The notes under the pieces are model-generated. The model did not search any database. It worked only from the letters and a program-made list of their open reading frames with translations, and was not told where the DNA came from. Source: an uncultured Clostridia bacterium (GTDB lineage: Bacteria > Bacillota > Clostridia > TANB77 > CAG-508). Taken from it: a stretch of DNA of 40,000 nucleotides. Position numbers and translations under genes: made by a program. This document shows, one piece after another, positions 25,740-34,700 of the stretch. Position 1 is the stretch's first letter; each line of letters opens with the position of its first letter. The DNA is taken from assembly GCA_947628425.1 (NCBI GenBank), contig CANQZV010000001.1, forward strand, positions 1 to 40,000, written 5' to 3'.

Positions 25740-26417
25740 ATGGGAAAACTATTTGTAATTGATGGAACTGATGGTAGCGGAAAACAGACACAATTTAAAA
25801 AATTACAAGAAAGGTTATCTAAGGAAGGTATTAAATATAAAACGGTTAGTTTCCCTAATTATGATTCACCTTCTTCATCTCTTGTTAAAATGTATTTATC
25901 TGGTGAGTTTGGACAAAATGCAAAAGAAATAAGTCCTTATATTGCATCTACATTTTATGCAGCAGATAGATATGCTACTTTTCAAAAAGGATTAAAAGAA
26001 TATTATAATAATGGAGGAATCATTTTAGCAGATAGATATACAACTGGAAATATGGTTCATCAGGCAGGAAAAATTAAAGATATTAAAGAAAGAGAAAAAT
26101 TTTTAAATTGGTTATGGGATTTTGAGTTTAATCTATATAAACTTCCTATTCCAACTAAAGCATTTTTTTTGAATATGCCTCCAGAATATGCTTTAAAGTT
26201 AATACAACATAGAGAAAATAAATTTACACATGAGCAAACAAAAGATATTCATGAAAAAGATAAAAATCATATTATAGACAGTTATAATGCTGCATGTAGT
26301 TTGGTAGATAAGTATAACTGGTATGAGGTAAAGTGTGTTAAAAATAATAAATTAAGAACTGTGGATGATATACATGAAGAAATTTTTAGAGAAATTATTA
26401 AATATATAGGAGAATAA
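25740..26417 (+). CDS. Thymidylate-kinase-family P-loop kinase (divergent Tmk-like)
   Basis: P-loop FVIDGTDGSGKQTQ and a DRY-type motif (ILADRYTTGNMVHQ). The size is Tmk-like. RBS aaggag. Confidence 0.7.
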   Translation: MGKLFVIDGTDGSGKQTQFKKLQERLSKEGIKYKTVSFPNYDSPSSSLVKMYLSGEFGQNAKEISPYIASTFYAADRYATFQKGLKEYYNNGGIILADRYTTGNMVHQAGKIKDIKEREKFLNWLWDFEFNLYKLPIPTKAFFLNMPPEYALKLIQHRENKFTHEQTKDIHEKDKNHIIDSYNAACSLVDKYNWYEVKCVKNNKLRTVDDIHEEIFREIIKYIGE

Positions 26418-26418
26418 A

Positions 26419-26850
26419 GTGAAAAAGATACTTGAACTATACAAAAAATATGAAGAAGTTATTAATTATTTAATTATGGGAGTATTAGCTACAATTGTTA
26501 ATTTAGGAGTAAAGTATGCTTTGTTATTTACAATATTAAAAGCAGAAGATCCAGCACAGTTACAAATTGCTGTTATTATTTCTTGGATTGCTGCATGCTT
26601 GTTTGCATATTTTACAAATAGAATTATTGTTTTTAAAAGTAAATCAAAAGAAATTTTAAAAGAATTTATATCTTTTTTAAGTGCTAGAATATTAACACTT
26701 GGAATGGAAATGCTAATTATGTTTATTTTTGTAACAGTATTGGGCTTAAATTCCGACTTATGGGTTGTTATATGGTCAATTATAGCACAATTTGTTGTTA
26801 TTGTAGCAAATTATATTTTTAGTAAATTATTTATTTTTAAAAAGAAATAA
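26419..26850 (+). CDS. GtrA-family small membrane protein
   Basis: GTG start 1 nt after the upstream stop. Four hydrophobic helices; NYLIMGVLATIVNLGVKYALLF and FISFLSARILTLGMEMLIMF are typical GtrA-like patterns. Confidence 0.7.
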   Translation: MKKILELYKKYEEVINYLIMGVLATIVNLGVKYALLFTILKAEDPAQLQIAVIISWIAACLFAYFTNRIIVFKSKSKEILKEFISFLSARILTLGMEMLIMFIFVTVLGLNSDLWVVIWSIIAQFVVIVANYIFSKLFIFKKK

Positions 26851-26897
26851 AATTTTATTATAAATATTATTAAAATTAGTATTAGTAGGAGAAAAAA

Positions 26898-27842
26898 ATG
26901 AAAAAAATTAATATTATTATACCAGCTTATAATGAAGAAGAATCATTACCGTTTTTATATGAAAGATTAACTAAGTTAATTAATAGTATTGAAAATTATG
27001 AATTTGAAATATTATTTGTAAATGATGGAAGCAAAGATAAAACTTTAGAACTTATTAAAGATTATAGAAAAAAAGATAATAGAATTTCATATGTTAATTT
27101 GTCAAGAAATTTTGGAAAAGAAATTGCAATGATTGCTGGTTTAGATTATGCAAAAGGTGATGCAGTGATTTTTATGGATGCAGATTTACAAGATTCACCT
27201 GAATTACTACCAGAGTTAATAAAATACTGGGAAGAAGGATATGATGATGTATATGCAAAAAGAAGGACTAGGGATGGTGAAACATTTTTTAAAAAGTTTA
27301 CATCAAAAATGTATTATAAATTATTGCAAAAATTAACAAATATTGAAATTCAAAAAGATACAGGTGATTTTAGATTATTAGATAAAAGATGTGTTAATGC
27401 AATAAAAAAACTAAGAGAATCTCAAAGATGTTCAAAAAGCATATTTAGTTGGATTGGTTATAAGAAAAAGGAAGTATTATTTGATAGAGAAGCAAGGGTT
27501 GCTGGAAAAACAAAATGGAATTACAAAAAATTGGTAGATTTAGCAATTGATGGAATTACATCTTTTACAACATCTCCTCTTAGAATTTCTACATATATAA
27601 GTATGCCAACATTTTTAACTTTATTTATTTATTTTATATATGTAATTGTTAAATCATTTGCTATAAACGAACCAATTCAAGCTTTTCAAGCTATTATTTT
27701 AATAAATTTATTCTTTTTTGGTATTATAATATTATTAATTGGAATTATTGGAGAATATCTAGGAAGAATATTCAATGAAACAAAAAATAGGCCATTATAT
27801 TTTGTTGATGAATATAATGATACAAAAGAAACAAATGAATAA
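26898..27842 (+). CDS. Polyprenyl-phosphate glycosyltransferase, family 2 (GtrB/CsbB-like)
   Basis: IIIPAYNEEESL, FVNDGSKDKT, FMDADLQD and two C-terminal TM helices match the bactoprenol glycosyltransferase architecture. RBS aggag. Confidence 0.8.
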   Translation: MKKINIIIPAYNEEESLPFLYERLTKLINSIENYEFEILFVNDGSKDKTLELIKDYRKKDNRISYVNLSRNFGKEIAMIAGLDYAKGDAVIFMDADLQDSPELLPELIKYWEEGYDDVYAKRRTRDGETFFKKFTSKMYYKLLQKLTNIEIQKDTGDFRLLDKRCVNAIKKLRESQRCSKSIFSWIGYKKKEVLFDREARVAGKTKWNYKKLVDLAIDGITSFTTSPLRISTYISMPTFLTLFIYFIYVIVKSFAINEPIQAFQAIILINLFFFGIIILLIGIIGEYLGRIFNETKNRPLYFVDEYNDTKETNE

Positions 27843-27965
27843 TTTGTAAATGTTAAATTTAAAAAAATAATATTATAAAGTATAAATAAAAATTTGTTTT
27901 GAAATAATATTATTATAATATACTTTAAAGGTATTATTAAATTAATTATAAAGGAGGAAAAGATT

Positions 27966-28391
27966 ATGTTACCAAGAAAAAATTCATATGGATTTTTTGA
28001 TGAAATGTTTGATGATCCATTTTTTGAAAGAGGTTTTTTAAAAAAGGAAAATTCTATTATGAAAACAGATATTAAAGAAAAGGATGGAAACTATATTTTA
28101 GAAATTGATATGCCAGGATATAATAAAGAAGATATCAAAATTGAATTAGAAAAAGGATATTTAACAGTTACAGCAAATAAAGAAACAACAAAAGAAGATG
28201 AGAATGAAAAAGCACATTATATTCATAAAGAAAGATTTTACGGAACTTGTTCAAGATCATATTATGTAGGAGATAATGTAACAGAAGAACAAATTAGTGC
28301 AAATTTTAAAAATGGAATATTAAGTATAACTTTTCCAAAAGATAGTGATGAAAAACCAGAAACAAAAAAATATATTCAAATAGGAGAGTAA
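27966..28391 (+). CDS. Hsp20/alpha-crystallin small heat-shock protein
   Basis: RBS aaggagg. The alpha-crystallin domain runs MKTDIKEKDGNYILEIDMPGYNKEDIKIELEKGYLTVTA...NGILSITFPK. Confidence 0.9.
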   Translation: MLPRKNSYGFFDEMFDDPFFERGFLKKENSIMKTDIKEKDGNYILEIDMPGYNKEDIKIELEKGYLTVTANKETTKEDENEKAHYIHKERFYGTCSRSYYVGDNVTEEQISANFKNGILSITFPKDSDEKPETKKYIQIGE

Positions 28392-28403
28392 AACAAATAA
28401 AAA

Positions 28404-28429
28404 GGTAGATAATTTTATCTACCTTTTTT
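28404..28429. terminator. Bidirectional terminator (hsp20 and the ger operon)
   Basis: Stem ggtagata/tatctacc with loop attt. An A-run lies upstream and a T-run downstream. Confidence 0.75.
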
Positions 28430-28439
28430 ATAACTCAAT

Positions 28440-28604
28440 CTAACGAAATCTAAAAACAGAAATTATAACAAATATTATCATGAATATTGACAATATTAAT
28501 ACAATACTACCACCAAATTTGTTTTGGTTTTTATATTCATAAATTCCATAACCCAATGTATCAAATAAAATATAAATTGAAATTAATATAATACTCAAAT
28601 TCAT
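28440..28604 (-). CDS. Small two-TM protein (54 aa) at the distal end of the ger operon; candidate germinant-receptor D subunit
   Basis: Not in the ORF track. Translation: MNLSIILISIYILFDTLGYGIYEYKNQNKFGGSIVLILSIFMIIFVIISVFRFR, ending TAG. aaaggag lies 11 nt upstream of the ATG. It starts 33 nt after the gerC stop, with no intervening hairpin. Confidence 0.45.
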   Translation of the reverse strand: MNLSIILISIYILFDTLGYGIYEYKNQNKFGGSIVLILSIFMIIFVIISVFRFR

Positions 28605-28637
28605 TTTTATATAAACTCCTTTGTTAATAAAATTTTT

Positions 28638-29936
28638 TTATTGCATTGTTAGAAGATAACCAGATTTTAGTGTAATATCTGTTGTAACTTGAAATGTACA
28701 TGAACTATAATTTTTTAACCAATTATAATTATTCCAATCCTCCTGCGTTAAAAAATTACTAACAGCATATTTACCAATTGATGAAACATCACTTTGTAGG
28801 TCTTTAGATGTTTTATTTAAATAATTATATAATTCATTTGTTATATAATTTTCTGCAGCTGTTTCTACCTGAGAAATGCTTTCTTGAGTTATTTTACTTT
28901 GATTATTATTAAATGAAAGTAATCTACTTATAATATTTACATTTATTTTAACAAAAGGTGAACCATTTTTATCTATATAGACATTTATTTTGGGACTTTT
29001 TTGTATAGAAACATATATATCTACATTATTATCATTAAATGGACTTGGTATACTAATAGTACATTCCTGCAGTTCATTTTTTAATATTAGATGACATACA
29101 GTTTCCATACCTGTTAATTCGCCTACCAAAACATCATCTCTAAATACTGCAAGACCAAGTAATTCTACTAATGGTTCTTTACTTTCAGATTGTATATTTC
29201 CTGCTGTTTTATCTATACCGGTAGCATTTTTATTTGTAAATTCTTTTTTTCCTTTTGGATTACTTACAGTACCTAATGCTGCATATGGTTGGCAAAATGG
29301 ATCTTTTAAATATGAGTAAAATTGGCTTAATGTTATATTTTGTGAATATCCTGTTTCTTGTTCAGTAGAACTAGAAGTTAAATCAAAATATTTTGCAAGT
29401 ACATCTTGAGTTGATGGCTGAACAGTATTAATAAAATCTTCAGTAGGAATTTTAGATATTATAATATTACAATCTGGTCTAATTTCAACTTTATTAACAA
29501 GCGTATAAATAATTGGTGAAACTCCATTTTTTGCTACGTTTTCAGATATTAATAGAATTTTACAGTGTGAAAGATTAATTTGTTTATTAACATATGTGTT
29601 AAGTAAATTTATTCCCATATCTATAGAACTACATTCAACAGTATTTACAATATAGGTAGGACCTCCCTCTGAGCCAGAAGATGTTCCACCGCTACTGCTA
29701 TCTCCACTTCCACCTTCACCGCTACCTCCAGAAGAATCTGAGGAACTAGATTTAACAGTAGAAACTTGAAAGCTAACTTTATAAGTATCAACTTCTCCAA
29801 CATCTACACCTATAGCTACAACATAAGCTAAGTCATCTAATCTTTGACTACTAGTTGAATTAGTAAATAAAGTATATAGAAGAGATAATATAATTATTAT
29901 TATAAATAATTTTCTTAATAAGTTATAATTATTCAC
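28638..29936 (-). CDS. Ger(x)C-family spore germination protein (C subunit), atypical N-terminus
   Basis: GTG start overlapping the gerB stop. The LDDLAYVVAIGVD motif matches GerAC-type proteins, as do size and operon position. The N-terminal hydrophobic segment has no Cys, and a 30-aa Gly/Ser-rich insert is present. Confidence 0.8.
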   Translation of the reverse strand: MNNYNLLRKLFIIIIILSLLYTLFTNSTSSQRLDDLAYVVAIGVDVGEVDTYKVSFQVSTVKSSSSDSSGGSGEGGSGDSSSGGTSSGSEGGPTYIVNTVECSSIDMGINLLNTYVNKQINLSHCKILLISENVAKNGVSPIIYTLVNKVEIRPDCNIIISKIPTEDFINTVQPSTQDVLAKYFDLTSSSTEQETGYSQNITLSQFYSYLKDPFCQPYAALGTVSNPKGKKEFTNKNATGIDKTAGNIQSESKEPLVELLGLAVFRDDVLVGELTGMETVCHLILKNELQECTISIPSPFNDNNVDIYVSIQKSPKINVYIDKNGSPFVKINVNIISRLLSFNNNQSKITQESISQVETAAENYITNELYNYLNKTSKDLQSDVSSIGKYAVSNFLTQEDWNNYNWLKNYSSCTFQVTTDITLKSGYLLTMQ

Positions 29937-31041
29937 TATGATTTATCCTTTCACTTTTATTTTTTAATACATTTTTTATGTTTGCTATAATTAATATTCC
30001 AAAACATATAGCTAAAACGAATATAATAAAAATATATTTATAAATTGTAGATTGTATATATCTTACTTGTAAAATATTAGAATATAATAAACTAATTCCA
30101 AATAAAATTGCTAAAAAACAATAGGTGAGAGCAGATTTATTTTGTATATTAGTTATTTTTTTAAATATAGATAGTATAAATGTAAGTATTATACTTAAAT
30201 AAGAAAGTATAGTTAATATCCATATAATAACAAAAAAAGCATCTGTTCTTTGAATAAAATCTCCAAGAGTAATTTCTCTTGTTTGCATATATATTGGTAC
30301 ATTTGAGCCAGAAGAAATTTCTAAAGGAAACATTAGCAATAATGCAATAGTTGCAAGTAAAATAAATATACCCGAAATTGCAATTGATGAATAACCTATT
30401 TTGTTAAAATGGTTGAAGTCTTTTAATAAGGGCATAATAAATAATAAAAATACAATATTACTAAACGCATATATATTAGCAGTTCCATTGATAAATATAT
30501 TCTTTGCTCCATACCCAAAAATAGGAAATATTCTTTCTGGAACAAAATTATTTGCGCTTACTATAAATAAAGCGATTAAAATAACAACTATAGATGGAAC
30601 AATAATTAAATTGCACTTTATAACTGTTTTTGTTCCTAATTTATTTATAATTCCTGCTCCTAATAGTAAGAAAAATACTAAATACGGAATAGGAGTATTT
30701 TGAAAATACATGGTTTTTAAACTCTCAGATGTATTTCTTACAAGTAATGATGCAACAAAAAGAAAGTAAAATATAAATACAATTCCTAGTATAATTTTAA
30801 ATGTTTTACCAAATGTAAATTCAGAAATATCTATAATATCTTTTCCTTTAAAATTTTTATAAAGTTTATTTAATATAAATATTAATATAAATGCAAGAAT
30901 AGTGATATAAAATACATTTATAATACTACTAGACCCCTGAGATTCTAAGATTGCTTTAGGTAAAATTAAAATTAAGTGAGAAAGAATAACAATTAAAATA
31001 ATACATAAAGCTTCTCCAAATCCAATTTTATGACTTTCCAT
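29929..31041 (-). CDS. Spore germination protein B subunit (GerAB-type, APC-transporter-like permease)
   Basis: About 10 TM helices. The ATG overlaps the gerA stop (TAATG). Position between the A and C subunits fits. Confidence 0.8.
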   Translation of the reverse strand: MESHKIGFGEALCIILIVILSHLILILPKAILESQGSSSIINVFYITILAFILIFILNKLYKNFKGKDIIDISEFTFGKTFKIILGIVFIFYFLFVASLLVRNTSESLKTMYFQNTPIPYLVFFLLLGAGIINKLGTKTVIKCNLIIVPSIVVILIALFIVSANNFVPERIFPIFGYGAKNIFINGTANIYAFSNIVFLLFIMPLLKDFNHFNKIGYSSIAISGIFILLATIALLLMFPLEISSGSNVPIYMQTREITLGDFIQRTDAFFVIIWILTILSYLSIILTFILSIFKKITNIQNKSALTYCFLAILFGISLLYSNILQVRYIQSTIYKYIFIIFVLAICFGILIIANIKNVLKNKSERINHSE

Positions 31042-32735
31042 TAGTTACCTCCTTGTTTCCATGTCATACTAATATGAGATTCTTTATTCTTTCTTTTTGT
31101 ATTTAATACATCTTGTCTTTCTTCTCTTTTCCATATAGGAGATAGGAAATACCCATCATTGTTAATTCTTGTAATAGGAACATAAGGAGATAGATATGGA
31201 ATACCAAATGATGAAAAATTAGCAAGTAATGCAATATATATAAATAAACCTATTGCAATGCCAATAAAACCAAATAATGCTCCTAAAAAAATAAATATAA
31301 ATCTTAAAATTCGAAAATGAAATTCTAAAGAATAATTTGGCGCTGAAAATGATGCAAGACCTGTAATTGCAACTATAATAATTGATATTGGACTTACAAT
31401 ACTAGCACTAACAGCAGCATCTCCTAGCACTAAAGCTCCAACTATACCCATTGTTGGTCCAATAGGAGAGGGAACTCTTATTCCTGCTTCATGAATTAAC
31501 TCAAATGCAATTTCCATTAGAATTATTTCTAATTCGATTGAAATTGGTACGGCTTGTCTTGATGAAATAATTGAAAAAAGTAGTTCAGTTGGTATTAATT
31601 CTTCGTGAAAATTTGTAATTGCAATATAAAGTCCAGGCAGTAATACACTAATTGTACATGCAAGTAATCGAACTAATTTTAAAAAATTTGCATATTTAGA
31701 ATTAATATTCTTATCTTCTGGAGATGAAAGTAAATCAAAAAAAGTGCATGGAACAATAAGACAAAAAGGACTACCATTAACTATAATAACAACTTTTCCA
31801 TCTAAAATAGAAGAAGATGCATTATCAGGTCTTTCTGTTGAAATTGTTTCTGGTAAGGTACTATTTGTATTTTCTTTGATTAATTCTTCTAATTGTCCAG
31901 AAGAAATTATATAATCAATATCTAAATTGTTCATTCTATATTTCACTTCTGCAACTAAATCATTGTTTGCAATGTCTTTTAAATAACATACAGCACATTT
32001 TGTTTTGCTAACTGTTCCAACATTAATATTTTCTATTACTAAATTTTCGTTATTTACCATTCTCCTTAACATTGATGTATTAGTTCTAATATTTTCAACA
32101 AAAGATTCTTGAGAACCACGAATAACTACTTCATTTTTAGGAGTATCAATACTTCGTCTTTCGTAGCCTTTTACATCAGATAGAAAACATGTATCAATTG
32201 TGTCAACAAATAATGCACATTCACCTGAATTAATAGAATTTATAACATCTTTAAATTCTTGTGTTTTTTTTGTATCATTTAAAGGAATTAAACATGAAAA
32301 TATATAATCTACTAGATTAAATTTTTTTACTTTTTTTACAGTTATGTTATTAGCAACAGCTGTACTAACAACTTCTTCGTTTTTATTAAAAGTATTTGCT
32401 CTGCTTTTTAACATTAATGGATGTAAAATAAAACGATTTATACTTTTAGAGTCACTCATACCATCAATATAAACTAGAAATGCTTTATAAACTTTATTCC
32501 TAGCTGTTAAATCAAATTCTCTAATTTTTATATCACTATTCATTAAACTATTAAATTTTACTTTTATATATTCTAAATTAACATCAATGCTTGGAAAAAT
32601 ATTTTGGTTTAAATTTTCTAAAGGTTCATTTGAATTAGAATTATTTTGAGTATCATTATTAGATAATCCAAACTCGTATTTTTTTTGAGGAATATATCTA
32701 AAAGAATCTGCTAAATAACTAAAAAATTTATTCAT
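31041..32735 (-). CDS. Spore germination protein A subunit (GerAA/GerKA-type)
   Basis: Soluble N-terminal domain (AFLVYIDGMSDSKSINRFILHPLM; VVIRGSQESFVENIRTNTSMLRR) plus a C-terminal membrane domain (PTELLFSIISSRQAVP...). ATG 32735 behind GGAG is preferred over ATG 32747. Confidence 0.88.
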   Translation of the reverse strand: MNKFFSYLADSFRYIPQKKYEFGLSNNDTQNNSNSNEPLENLNQNIFPSIDVNLEYIKVKFNSLMNSDIKIREFDLTARNKVYKAFLVYIDGMSDSKSINRFILHPLMLKSRANTFNKNEEVVSTAVANNITVKKVKKFNLVDYIFSCLIPLNDTKKTQEFKDVINSINSGECALFVDTIDTCFLSDVKGYERRSIDTPKNEVVIRGSQESFVENIRTNTSMLRRMVNNENLVIENINVGTVSKTKCAVCYLKDIANNDLVAEVKYRMNNLDIDYIISSGQLEELIKENTNSTLPETISTERPDNASSSILDGKVVIIVNGSPFCLIVPCTFFDLLSSPEDKNINSKYANFLKLVRLLACTISVLLPGLYIAITNFHEELIPTELLFSIISSRQAVPISIELEIILMEIAFELIHEAGIRVPSPIGPTMGIVGALVLGDAAVSASIVSPISIIIVAITGLASFSAPNYSLEFHFRILRFIFIFLGALFGFIGIAIGLFIYIALLANFSSFGIPYLSPYVPITRINNDGYFLSPIWKREERQDVLNTKRKNKESHISMTWKQGGN

Positions 32736-32976
32736 AAATTTCTCCATTCTTGAAATAATTATTTCATATAATAAAAAAATTATATTATATGAAATTTATT
32801 GTACACAAATAAGCTATACCTAAGAATTATAAAAATTAATGGTCGCTATATTGTTCTATTATTTTCCAAAAAATATAAAATATACAAAAAGATATTTATT
32901 TATTATTAATTTTTTGTATAGTTTAGAAAAAAATGCTAAAAATATTTTTATAAAAATATGAAAGGATGGAAAATAT

Positions 32977-33414
32977 ATGAAAGTAAAAGATTGCATGTGT
33001 GGAGATGTTTATACTTGTACACCAGATACTACTGTTAATCAAGTAGCTAAAATAATGTGTGATAATCACATAGGTTGTGTTCCAATTTGTGATGAACATA
33101 ATTGTGTAGTTGGTATTTTAACAGACAGAGACATTATATTAAGAACTGTTGCATGTGATAAGGATGCACAAACTACTAAAGTAAGTGATATAATGACATC
33201 TAATACTACTTGTTGTGATTGTAATACAGATATAACAGAGGCATCAAAAATAATGGGAGATGAGCAAGTAAGAAGAATTCCTGTAACAGAAAACGGAAAA
33301 ATTATTGGAATATTAACATTAGGAGATTTAGCAAAAAACAAAGAAATTAACAATAATGAAGTAGGAAATACTGCAGAATGTATATGTGGTTGTGACAAAA
33401 AAAATGCACAATAA
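32977..33414 (+). CDS. CBS-pair domain protein, YhcV-like, unusually Cys-rich
   Basis: VKDCM...VTPDTTVNQVAKIM..HIGCVPI....VVGILTDRDIILR and VSDIMT....ITEASKIM....RRIPVTENGKIIGILTLGDLA form two CBS motifs. They appear collinear with B. subtilis YhcV as I recall it. Confidence 0.8.
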   Translation: MKVKDCMCGDVYTCTPDTTVNQVAKIMCDNHIGCVPICDEHNCVVGILTDRDIILRTVACDKDAQTTKVSDIMTSNTTCCDCNTDITEASKIMGDEQVRRIPVTENGKIIGILTLGDLAKNKEINNNEVGNTAECICGCDKKNAQ

Positions 33415-33416
33415 AA

Positions 33417-33461
33417 GAATAATATATAGGCAGGTACATTTAACCTGCCTATATATTATTC
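33417..33461 (+). terminator. Long hairpin terminator
   Basis: 18-bp stem gaataatatataggcagg/cctgcctatatattattc with a 9-nt loop, followed by tttgc. Confidence 0.65.
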
Positions 33462-33540
33462 TTTGCTAAATTTTAATACATAATATGTTTAAAGATAACA
33501 TAATATTAATATATATAACAATTATATCGGAGGTAATTTT

Positions 33541-34638
33541 TTGATAACAGATATGAATTATTATAAAAAAGTAACAAAGAGAATTTTTATCATTTTATTA
33601 ACAATTCTTGGAATATACATAGGCTTTAAATTATCAATTTTTTATATTCCTTTTTTAATTGCATTTATAATTAGTTTACTAATAGAACCAATTATTAGAA
33701 AAATAATGAAGTATACAAAATTTACTAGAAAAGTAAGTGCTATTATTACAATGATAATAGTGTTTGGTATAATAATAGCTCTTTTAATTTGGGGAATATC
33801 AAGTGTTATAACAGAATCTAGTAATTTATTATCAAGCTTAAATGAATATGTTCAAAAAATAACAAACTTTATTAATAATAAAATATCAAATATAAAATTT
33901 GAAAGAATTCAAATTCCTGAAGAGTTAAAAAATATTATAGAAAGTTCAACAAATGATACTATAATTTTGCTAACAAATATAATAAAACGATCTTTAAATA
34001 ATATTATAAGTTCAATGCAATATTTTCCTAAAATACTTATTTATATTGGTATAACAATAATAGCAACCTATTTTGTATGTGCAGATAAGTTGTATATATT
34101 AGACCAAATTGAATATCACTTACCTCATAAATGGGCAAAAAAAGTAGGAATGCATACAAAACAAATTATTTCATCTTTAGGAGATTATTTAAAAGCACAA
34201 GCAATTTTAATTCTTATTTCATTTATAATTGTATTAATAGGATTATATATTTTTAAATTTTTAGGTTGGAATATAAAATATCCATTAATAGCAGCATTGG
34301 GAATAGGGTTTGTAGATGCTCTTCCAATTGTTGGCTCTGGTACAGTTATGGTACCGTGGGCTGTTATTGCATCTGTAAATGGAAATTTTAAATTAGCAAT
34401 TGGTTTGTTAATATTATATGTTATTGTAATAGTCGTAAAACAATTATTAGAACCCAAAATAGTAAGTAACCATATTGGAATTCACCCTATTTTTACACTT
34501 ATAGCAATGTATACAGGATTTAAAATAATAGGTATAATAGGAATGTTTATTGGTCCAATAGCATTAATTATAATTAAAAATATATTTGGAAACTTAATAG
34601 ACAATGGAGTGTTTAAAACGATTTTAGATAGAAAATAA
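33541..34638 (+). CDS. ytvI: Sporulation integral membrane protein YtvI (AI-2E/PerM transporter family)
   Basis: TTG start behind ggaggt. Polytopic. The C-terminal half (GFVDALPIVGSGTVMVPWA...LLEPKIVSNHIGIHPIFTLIAMYTGFKIIGIIGMFIGP) matches the AI-2E/YtvI pattern. Confidence 0.7.
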   Translation: MITDMNYYKKVTKRIFIILLTILGIYIGFKLSIFYIPFLIAFIISLLIEPIIRKIMKYTKFTRKVSAIITMIIVFGIIIALLIWGISSVITESSNLLSSLNEYVQKITNFINNKISNIKFERIQIPEELKNIIESSTNDTIILLTNIIKRSLNNIISSMQYFPKILIYIGITIIATYFVCADKLYILDQIEYHLPHKWAKKVGMHTKQIISSLGDYLKAQAILILISFIIVLIGLYIFKFLGWNIKYPLIAALGIGFVDALPIVGSGTVMVPWAVIASVNGNFKLAIGLLILYVIVIVVKQLLEPKIVSNHIGIHPIFTLIAMYTGFKIIGIIGMFIGPIALIIIKNIFGNLIDNGVFKTILDRK

Positions 34639-34640
34639 TA

Positions 34641-34681
34641 AAAATAAGAGATGATTTTAAATATATATCATCTCTTATTTT
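34641..34681. terminator. Bidirectional terminator between convergent genes
   Basis: 15-bp stem aaaataagagatgat/atcatctcttatttt with an 11-nt loop. Confidence 0.7.
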
Positions 34682-34700
34682 TTAATATTTTCATTTTATC

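Noticed and set aside
27843-27965. CIRCE (HrcA) or CtsR operator upstream of the hsp20 gene.
   Set aside because: Neither TTAGCACTC-N9-GAGTGCTAA nor GGTCAAA repeats are present. Only A/T-only partial repeats (aaataatattat twice; taaagtata/tatacttta) are there, and they are not distinguishable from background.
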